DNA of 64,000 nucleotides from Escherichia coli (GTDB lineage Bacteria; Pseudomonadota; Gammaproteobacteria; Enterobacterales; Enterobacteriaceae): NCBI RefSeq assembly GCF_044647545.1, contig NZ_CP172818.1; one strand, 5' to 3'. Shown piece by piece: positions 57,037 to 64,000 of this stretch (position 1 is its first letter; each line of letters starts with the position of its first letter). The notes under the pieces were generated by a model. It saw only the letters and a program-made list of their open reading frames with translations, ran no database searches and was not told where the DNA came from. The position numbers and the translations under genes were made by a program.

Positions 57037-57960
57037 TCAGAACGGCATTGATTTTCGAATAGCGTTAATCATCAACTGGCAACCAGAAGAGAACGTCGCA
57101 TCTACGCGGGTCAGTATTCCAATCGGTTCGCCTGCACCATGTCCCGGAACAGGCAGGGCCACCAGCGTGGCATGACGCAGGTCGTCTTTTACAGCGCCAG
57201 AAGGGACAAACCACACGTAGTCGTATTCAACCGTAAGTTGACGAGATAGCGAAGCAGACAGTGTTTCGATACAGCCCGAAGGAATTTTACAGCCCTGGCT
57301 CTGCACTAATGCATCTGAATGCTGGCGTGGCGCAGTGCCTTCTGGTGATACAACGACCGGCCATTCCAGCACCCGGCTTAGCGTTACGTTCTCCTGAAGT
57401 AGCGGATGATTAGGGCGGACAACCAGCTTCAGCGATTCAAGAAACAGCAGTTCGTAATTAAGTCCGGTCATCAGTTCAGGATCTGACATCCGACCAATGC
57501 CGATATCGATTTCCCCGGTTTTTAAACCCGCAAGAATCATAGGGTTACTCATTGTCGCAACTTGCAAGGTCGTCTCTTTTTGTTGCTGATGAAACTGACC
57601 TATAACCGAAGGTAATATCCCCAGTGCCGCAGTCGGTAGTGCACCAACCCTGACGACATCATTATTAAGACCTTCTTTACGATGAAGCGACTGTCCAGCA
57701 GTGTTGATGGCGTCAAGAACTCTGACTGCATGCGTTAAAAATTGTTCGCCGGGTAAGGTAAGTTGCGCCCCCTGACGACCACGCTCAAACAAGCGAGCGC
57801 CCGTCAGCTGCTCCAGTTCATTCAATGTCTTAGAGAGCGCAGGTTGACTCAAATTAAGGGTTTCAGCCGCGCGCCCCAAAGTTCCTTGTTGTGCGACAGC
57901 TACGAATGTATGAAGGTGGCGCAAACGGATGCGCTGACTAAACAGACTATTTTTTTCCAT
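57037..57960 (-). CDS. ydcI: LysR-family transcriptional regulator, 307 aa
   Basis: ORF 57037-58101 trimmed to MEKNSLFSQRIRLRHLHTFVAVAQQGTLGRAAETLNLSQPALSKTL (LysR HTH). Confidence 0.85.
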   Translation of the reverse strand: MEKNSLFSQRIRLRHLHTFVAVAQQGTLGRAAETLNLSQPALSKTLNELEQLTGARLFERGRQGAQLTLPGEQFLTHAVRVLDAINTAGQSLHRKEGLNNDVVRVGALPTAALGILPSVIGQFHQQQKETTLQVATMSNPMILAGLKTGEIDIGIGRMSDPELMTGLNYELLFLESLKLVVRPNHPLLQENVTLSRVLEWPVVVSPEGTAPRQHSDALVQSQGCKIPSGCIETLSASLSRQLTVEYDYVWFVPSGAVKDDLRHATLVALPVPGHGAGEPIGILTRVDATFSSGCQLMINAIRKSMPF

Positions 57961-58176
57961 AAGCGATGTTAAAAACGAAGCGGTGTCGCTGACAAGTGAA
58001 GTTGTTTGATTATGATAACTTGATTGCAAAATATTATTAACAATTAAAGCAATTATGTTACAGCAAAATGGATAATATTGATGTTTTCGCGGCGAGATCA
58101 CAGTTTGTAAATTCTTCCCGCCGGAGTGAATGCGGTTACCTACACTCCAGATTACTGACCACTGGAGGCAGACACT

Positions 58177-59520
58177 ATGGCGAACAGCATCACGGCGGAT
58201 GAGATTCGGGAACAGTTTTCGCAGGCAATGTCAGCCATGTACCAGCAAGAAGTTCCGCAGTACGGCACGCTGCTGGAACTGGTAGCTGATGTGAATCTGG
58301 CTGTGCTGGAAAACAATCCTCAACTGCACGAAAAAATGGTAAATGCAGACGAGCTGGCGCGACTGAATGTTGAACGTCATGGGGCGATTCGTGTTGGGAC
58401 TGCACAAGAGCTTGCTACTCTTCGGCGGATGTTTGCCATTATGGGGATGTACCCGGTGAGCTATTACGATCTCTCGCAGGCGGGAGTGCCGGTACATTCC
58501 ACAGCATTTCGGCCCATTGATGATGCTTCTCTGGCGCGTAATCCATTCCGCATTTTTACCTCATTACTCCGCCTTGAGCTTATCGAGAACGAATTTTTGC
58601 GCCAGAAAGCGGCGGAGATTCTGCGTCAGCGCGATATCTTCACCCCACGTTGTCGACAACTGTTAGAGGAATATGAGCAGCGGGGCGGTTTTAACGAAAC
58701 ACAGGCACAGGAGTTTGTGCAGGAAGCCCTGGAAACGTTTCGTTGGCACCAGTCAGCAACGGTAGATGAAGAAACCTATCGCGCCTTGCACAACGAACAT
58801 CGGTTGATTGCTGATGTGGTCTGTTTTCCTGGATGCCATATCAACCACCTGACGCCACGTACGCTGGATATTGACCGGGTGCAGTCGATGATGCCTGAAT
58901 GCGGGATTGAACCCAAAATTCTGATCGAAGGGCCGCCGCGCCGCGAGGTACCTATTTTACTACGCCAGACCAGCTTTAAAGCACTGGAAGAGACGGTGTT
59001 GTTTGCAGGGCAGAAACAGGGTACGCATACCGCGCGCTTTGGTGAAATAGAGCAGCGTGGTGTGGCATTAACGCCGAAAGGGCGACAACTGTATGATGAT
59101 CTTCTGCGTAACGCTGGAACCGGGCAGGATAATCTCACTCACCAAATGCATTTACAGGAAACCTTCCGCACTTTTCCTGACAGTGAGTTTTTAATGCGTC
59201 AGCAAGGGTTGGCATGGTTCCGGTACCGTCTGACGCCTTCAGGTGAGGCGCATCGTCAGGCGATTCATTCCGGAGACGATCCACAGCCCTTAATTGAACG
59301 TGGTTGGGTAGTGGCGCAACCCATTACCTATGAAGATTTCTTGCCTGTTAGCGCGGCGGGGATCTTCCAGTCAAATCTGGGTAATGAAACGCAGGCACGC
59401 AGTCACGGTAATGCCAGTCGCGAAGCATTTGAGCAGGCGTTGGGCTGCCCGGTTTTGGATGAGTTCCAGCTTTATCAGGAAGCGGAAGAACGCAGTAAAC
59501 GTCGCTGTGGTTTGCTTTAA
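58177..59520 (+). CDS. ydcJ: DUF1338-family protein (HglS-like 2-oxoadipate dioxygenase/decarboxylase homologue), 447 aa
   Basis: Intact 447-aa ORF MANSITADEIREQFSQAMSAMYQQE. Confidence 0.85.
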   Translation: MANSITADEIREQFSQAMSAMYQQEVPQYGTLLELVADVNLAVLENNPQLHEKMVNADELARLNVERHGAIRVGTAQELATLRRMFAIMGMYPVSYYDLSQAGVPVHSTAFRPIDDASLARNPFRIFTSLLRLELIENEFLRQKAAEILRQRDIFTPRCRQLLEEYEQRGGFNETQAQEFVQEALETFRWHQSATVDEETYRALHNEHRLIADVVCFPGCHINHLTPRTLDIDRVQSMMPECGIEPKILIEGPPRREVPILLRQTSFKALEETVLFAGQKQGTHTARFGEIEQRGVALTPKGRQLYDDLLRNAGTGQDNLTHQMHLQETFRTFPDSEFLMRQQGLAWFRYRLTPSGEAHRQAIHSGDDPQPLIERGWVVAQPITYEDFLPVSAAGIFQSNLGNETQARSHGNASREAFEQALGCPVLDEFQLYQEAEERSKRRCGLL

Positions 59521-59744
59521 ATTCTGACCATCCGCCTTTGCAAAAATTTGCCTGATTTTACAAACGAATCAGGCTCATCCCATCGACATAAAAAAAATGC
59601 CAATTTATGCATATTCTCTGAGTTCAACAATTGGATTATTAATAAATATTGTCTAGAGTGAGCGGTCATAAATAAGCACTTTCTTGCCGCTGAAAACGAC
59701 CAGCGCGGGACCATTCACAACACCAGAAGGACTCACTTTCAGGT

Positions 59745-61400
59745 ATGGATCGTAGACGATTTATTAAAGGTTCAATGGCTATGGCCGCCGTGTGCGGTAC
59801 CAGCGGCATTGCTTCTCTTTTTTCTCAGGCGGCATTCGCGGCAGATTCTGATATTGCCGACGGGCAAACCCAGCGTTTTGACTTCTCCATTCTACAGTCA
59901 ATGGCGCACGACTTAGCGCAAACCGCGTGGCGTGGTGCGCCGCGTCCGTTACCTGACACTCTGGCGACAATGACGCCGCAGGCTTATAACAGTATTCAAT
60001 ACGACGCCGAAAAATCGCTCTGGCATAACGTTGAGAACCGTCAACTGGACGCTCAGTTCTTCCATATGGGAATGGGATTCCGTCGCCGCGTTCGTATGTT
60101 TTCTGTTGATCCCGCAACACATCTGGCGCGTGAAATTCACTTTCGCCCGGAGTTGTTCAAATACAACGATGCGGGTGTTGATACCAAACAATTAGAAGGG
60201 CAAAGCGATCTCGGTTTTGCCGGTTTTCGCGTGTTTAAAGCCCCCGAACTGGCGCGCCGTGATGTCGTATCATTCCTCGGCGCGAGTTATTTCCGCGCCG
60301 TTGATGATACATATCAATACGGTTTGTCGGCCCGCGGCCTGGCGATCGACACTTACACCGACAGTAAAGAAGAGTTCCCCGACTTTACCGCCTTCTGGTT
60401 TGATACGGTAAAACCGGGGGCAACCACCTTTACCGTTTATGCGTTGCTCGATAGCGCCAGCATTACTGGTGCCTATAAGTTCACTATCCATTGCGAGAAA
60501 AGTCAGGTGATTATGGATGTGGAAAATCACCTGTATGCGCGCAAAGACATTAAACAGCTGGGCATTGCGCCGATGACCAGTATGTTCAGCTGCGGTACTA
60601 ATGAACGTCGGATGTGCGACACCATTCATCCGCAAATCCATGACTCTGATCGTTTGTCCATGTGGCGGGGCAACGGCGAGTGGATTTGTCGTCCGCTGAA
60701 CAATCCGCAAAAATTGCAGTTCAATGCTTACACCGACAACAACCCGAAAGGGTTTGGTTTATTGCAACTGGATCGTGATTTCTCCCATTATCAGGACATT
60801 ATGGGCTGGTATAACAAACGCCCAAGTCTGTGGGTGGAACCGCGTAACAAGTGGGGTAAGGGCACCATCGGCCTGATGGAAATCCCAACAACGGGCGAAA
60901 CGCTGGATAACATTGTCTGCTTCTGGCAGCCAGAAAAAGCTGTAAAAGCGGGTGATGAGTTTGCATTCCAGTATCGTCTGTACTGGAGTGCGCAACCGCC
61001 TGTTCATTGCCCATTAGCGCGCGTTATGGCGACGCGTACCGGCATGGGTGGTTTCCCGGAAGGTTGGGCTCCAGGTGAACACTATCCCGAAAAATGGGCG
61101 CGTCGTTTTGCCGTCGATTTAGTTGGTGGTGATCTGAAAGCTGCCGCGCCAAAAGGCATTGAGCCGGTGATTACGCTTTCCAGTGGGGAAGCGAAGCAAA
61201 TCGAAATTCTCTATATTGAACCCATTGATGGTTATCGTATTCAGTTTGACTGGTATCCGACTTCGGACTCCACTGATCCGGTCGATATGCGGATGTATCT
61301 GCGTTGTCAGGGCGACGCTATCAGTGAAACATGGCTGTATCAGTATTTCCCGCCAGCGCCCGATAAACGTCAGTATGTTGACGACCGCGTGATGAGTTAA
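59745..61400 (+). CDS. opgD: periplasmic glucan biosynthesis protein D (Tat-exported), 551 aa
   Basis: Intact 551-aa ORF with twin-arginine signal [32 protein letters not shown]. Confidence 0.9.
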   Translation: MDRRRFIKGSMAMAAVCGTSGIASLFSQAAFAADSDIADGQTQRFDFSILQSMAHDLAQTAWRGAPRPLPDTLATMTPQAYNSIQYDAEKSLWHNVENRQLDAQFFHMGMGFRRRVRMFSVDPATHLAREIHFRPELFKYNDAGVDTKQLEGQSDLGFAGFRVFKAPELARRDVVSFLGASYFRAVDDTYQYGLSARGLAIDTYTDSKEEFPDFTAFWFDTVKPGATTFTVYALLDSASITGAYKFTIHCEKSQVIMDVENHLYARKDIKQLGIAPMTSMFSCGTNERRMCDTIHPQIHDSDRLSMWRGNGEWICRPLNNPQKLQFNAYTDNNPKGFGLLQLDRDFSHYQDIMGWYNKRPSLWVEPRNKWGKGTIGLMEIPTTGETLDNIVCFWQPEKAVKAGDEFAFQYRLYWSAQPPVHCPLARVMATRTGMGGFPEGWAPGEHYPEKWARRFAVDLVGGDLKAAAPKGIEPVITLSSGEAKQIEILYIEPIDGYRIQFDWYPTSDSTDPVDMRMYLRCQGDAISETWLYQYFPPAPDKRQYVDDRVMS

Positions 61401-61539
61401 TCGTTTTTTCTTCGGCACCTTCTTCGGGAGGTGCCGTCTGGTTAAACACGATCCCGCTCGCATTTTTCCCTAAGTTAAATGAGTAATCTGATGGTGTGTA
61501 TTTCAGATACACCTAGTCAGCCACTAACAGGGAGTGCGT

Positions 61540-61764
61540 ATGTTTCCTGAATATCGAGATTTAATATCCCGTCTGAAAAACGAAAATCCTCGCTTTATGT
61601 CCTTGTTCGATAAACACAATAAACTTGATCATGAAATTGCCAGAAAGGAAGGTTCCGACGGTCGAGGGTACAATGCGGAAGTGGTCCGCATGAAAAAACA
61701 AAAGCTACAGTTAAAAGATGAGATGCTCAAAATCCTGCAGCAGGAGAGCGTCAAAGAGGTGTAA
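61540..61764 (+). CDS. ydcH: DUF465-family small protein, 74 aa
   Basis: ORF 61534-61764 trimmed to MFPEYRDLISRLKNENPRF. Confidence 0.8.
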   Translation: MFPEYRDLISRLKNENPRFMSLFDKHNKLDHEIARKEGSDGRGYNAEVVRMKKQKLQLKDEMLKILQQESVKEV

Positions 61765-61774
61765 ACTTTCCTAA

Positions 61775-61797
61775 GCCGCCAGCCAGGCGGCTTTTTT
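61775..61797 (+). terminator. intrinsic terminator after ydcH
   Basis: GCCGCC-agcca-GGCGGC hairpin followed by T6. Confidence 0.7.
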
Positions 61798-61826
61798 AAC
61801 AACTGCATGGATTGACTGGAGATAAG

Positions 61827-62366
61827 ATGACCGAAACGATAAAAGTAAGTGAATCACTTGAATTACATGCTGTTGCAGAAAGTCATGTCACACCTCTTTA
61901 TCTGTTAATCTGTAAAAATAGAACCTGGCTACAGCAGTCGCTAAACTGGCCGCAGTTTGTTCAAAGTGAAGAGGACACGCGAAAAACGGTGCAGGGCAAT
62001 GTAATGTTGCATCAACGCGGATATGCCAAAATGTTCATGATTTTCAAAGAAGATGAACTTATCGGCGTTATCTCGTTTAATCGTATTGAACCACTGAATA
62101 AAACCGCTGAAATCGGCTACTGGCTGGACGAATCTCATCAGGGGCAGGGGATCATTTCTCAGGCGCTGCAGGCATTGATTCATCATTACGCTCAGTCTGG
62201 TGAACTTAGACGCTTCGTGATCAAATGTCGGGTGGACAATCCGCAAAGCAACCAGGTCGCTTTGCGCAATGGTTTTATCCTTGAAGGTTGCCTGAAACAG
62301 GCTGAGTTCCTGAATGATGCCTATGATGATGTGAACTTATACGCGCGTATTATCGATTCACAATAA
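61827..62366 (+). CDS. rimL: ribosomal protein L7/L12 N-acetyltransferase (GNAT), 179 aa
   Basis: ORF 61812-62366 trimmed to [20 protein letters not shown]; GNAT fold motif ([10 protein letters not shown]). Confidence 0.85.
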   Translation: MTETIKVSESLELHAVAESHVTPLYLLICKNRTWLQQSLNWPQFVQSEEDTRKTVQGNVMLHQRGYAKMFMIFKEDELIGVISFNRIEPLNKTAEIGYWLDESHQGQGIISQALQALIHHYAQSGELRRFVIKCRVDNPQSNQVALRNGFILEGCLKQAEFLNDAYDDVNLYARIIDSQ

Positions 62367-63338
62367 CCCTGCCAGCGGCGTTCGAGTAATGCGCTCCTCG
62401 CCGTTAATGACTTTTGGACCACGGACATGAACCGTGTCGCCATCAAAGGCTTCAACGACGGCGTGGTCGGTTAACTCCACATGGTTTTCAATTATCACCG
62501 CACCTGTAATACGGCTCTCACCTTGTATGACAACGTGCTCGTCGAGCAGAATCGGTCCGCCACGTACCACGGCATTTCCGCCAATCAAGACATGATGTTT
62601 TAACACACAATTACCTTCCACAATGGCATATTCCGCCACCTGCGAACTGTAATGAATCGTCGGAATGGCATCTTCTTCTATGCCAGCTTTCACCTGCGCG
62701 TGACCGCAGACTTTAGCACAATCGCATAGCCAGACGTTGTTCTCCTCATTACCTTCAATACTGGCAAAATCAAAAACTTCGGCGCGATGTTCAATAAAAG
62801 CATACCGGACGACGGCATCGCCATAAATTTGTGCCTGGTGGACAATCCGCGAGGCGCTAACCCTCGCGCGATCATAAATTTGTAGCAGGAGTTGATGGTC
62901 GGGCGTTAAGCCTTGTGCGGCGACGATCATAGAATGTTGATCAATTAAGGCGTGACCAAATATTCTACATTGACCGCAAACTAATGAGCCACGAATGGTG
63001 ACACTGTCACTTATATGTGCACCCTGGCTGATTTCACTATTATCGATCCAGACGTTATCCGTTGCGTAAACCTCTCCCCACAGCACGCTGGTGCCGGTGA
63101 TACGCGTATTACCGGAAATCACCGTTCCGCCGAACGCAATAGCATTCTGGTCGTAAATCCAGCAATTTCCTTCCTGTGCTAACACCGTTTCGCGATCGAT
63201 CCAGCCGCCAGCGCTTCCTGCTATCACATCGTTAAAATCGCTAATGGCGATAATCTGCCGTAATAACACATTTTTTTTAGTGCCATCTTCCTGATAACTA
63301 AAGGCTCGCTGTTCTTCACTTAGACGATATTTGCGCAT
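62358..63338 (-). CDS. ydcK: left-handed beta-helix (hexapeptide-repeat) protein of unknown function, 326 aa
   Basis: Intact 326-aa ORF rich in hexapeptide-like repeats; 3' end overlaps the rimL 3' end by 9 bp (convergent). Confidence 0.85.
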   Translation of the reverse strand: MRKYRLSEEQRAFSYQEDGTKKNVLLRQIIAISDFNDVIAGSAGGWIDRETVLAQEGNCWIYDQNAIAFGGTVISGNTRITGTSVLWGEVYATDNVWIDNSEISQGAHISDSVTIRGSLVCGQCRIFGHALIDQHSMIVAAQGLTPDHQLLLQIYDRARVSASRIVHQAQIYGDAVVRYAFIEHRAEVFDFASIEGNEENNVWLCDCAKVCGHAQVKAGIEEDAIPTIHYSSQVAEYAIVEGNCVLKHHVLIGGNAVVRGGPILLDEHVVIQGESRITGAVIIENHVELTDHAVVEAFDGDTVHVRGPKVINGEERITRTPLAGLL

Positions 63339-63461
63339 AGCGTTTTCCCACAGGTGACTTACTATAACCGTAGCAAATTCTGCGGCTCTGGCTATGCTCG
63401 AGAAAATTCCATAAAATGCATTTCAAATATACTTTATAAATTAAACAAAATGAGTAAGAAG

Positions 63462-64000
63462 ATGCAGAGCGATAAAGTGCTCAATTTGCCGGCAGGCTAC
63501 TTTAGTATTGTGTTGGGGACGATAGGGATGGGATTTGCCTGGCGCTATGCCAGCCAGGTTTGGCAGGTCAGCCACTGGTTGGGGGATGGGCTGGTGATTC
63601 TGGCGATGATCATCTGGGGATTATTGACTGGCGCATTTATTACCCGACTCATACGCTTTCCGCATAGCGTGCTGGCAGAAGTGCGCCATCCAGTGCTGAG
63701 CAGTTTTGTGAGTTTGTTTCCGGCAACGACGATGCTGGTGGCGATTGGTTTTGTTCCGTGGTTTCGCCCACTGGCGGTGTGCCTGTTCAGTTTTGGTGTC
63801 GTGGTTCAGTTGGCTTATGCCGCCTGGCAAACTGCGGGATTATGGCGCGGATCTCACCCTGAAGAAGCTACCACGCCTGGACTGTATCTGCCGACAGTTG
63901 CCAACAACTTTATCAGCGCAATGGCCTGTGGTGCGTTGGGCTACACCGACGCCGGTCTGGTGTTTTTAGGCGCAGGCGTTTTCTCATGGCTAAGCCTGGA
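63462..64000 (+). CDS. tehA: tellurite-resistance / TDT-family transporter TehA, N-terminal 179 codons (truncated by window end)
   Basis: [14 protein letters not shown]... followed by hydrophobic TM segments; continues beyond the window. Confidence 0.85.
   Translation, partial: MQSDKVLNLPAGYFSIVLGTIGMGFAWRYASQVWQVSHWLGDGLVILAMIIWGLLTGAFITRLIRFPHSVLAEVRHPVLSSFVSLFPATTMLVAIGFVPWFRPLAVCLFSFGVVVQLAYAAWQTAGLWRGSHPEEATTPGLYLPTVANNFISAMACGALGYTDAGLVFLGAGVFSWLSL

Noticed and set aside
57037-58101. Longer 354-aa version of ydcI (also N-terminally extended track ORFs for paaH, paaI, paaK, cybB, hslJ, ydbL, rimL, ynbD)
   Set aside because: Extensions are upstream in-frame read-through in the ORF track; the internal starts I used give the protein lengths and N-termini I remember and usually sit right after the upstream gene's stop.

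Overview
This window reads as a contiguous enterobacterial chromosomal segment that I recognise as the Escherichia coli K-12-type region running micC-ydbK-ydbJ-hslJ-ldhA-ydbH-ynbE-ydbL-feaR-feaB-tynA-paaZ-paaABCDEFGHIJK-paaXY-ydbA(IS2+IS30)-ydbC-ydbD-ynbABCD-azoR-hrpA-ydcF-aldA-gapC-cybB-rydC-ydcA-hokB-trg-ydcI-ydcJ-opgD-ydcH-rimL-ydcK-tehA. Gene order, protein lengths and the exact 1331-bp IS2 and 1221-bp IS30 copies inside the ydbA autotransporter pseudogene all fit; identification is from memory of these proteins and elements, with no database search run. Most genes are intact. The striking exception is a roughly 9.3 kb block (about 11.57-20.87 kb) where the 3' third of feaB, all of tynA, paaZ, paaA-paaE and the 5' two-thirds of paaF are broken into short ORF fragments by many small indels and substitutions, with the boundaries falling inside genes. 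paaY also appears to carry a 3' frameshift. I found no foreign island, CRISPR array, prophage or convincing novel gene system; the least characterised loci are ynbABCD, ydbD, ydbH-ynbE-ydbL and ydcK. Coordinates for starts were trimmed from the six-frame track using the protein lengths I remember, so they carry a few codons of uncertainty.
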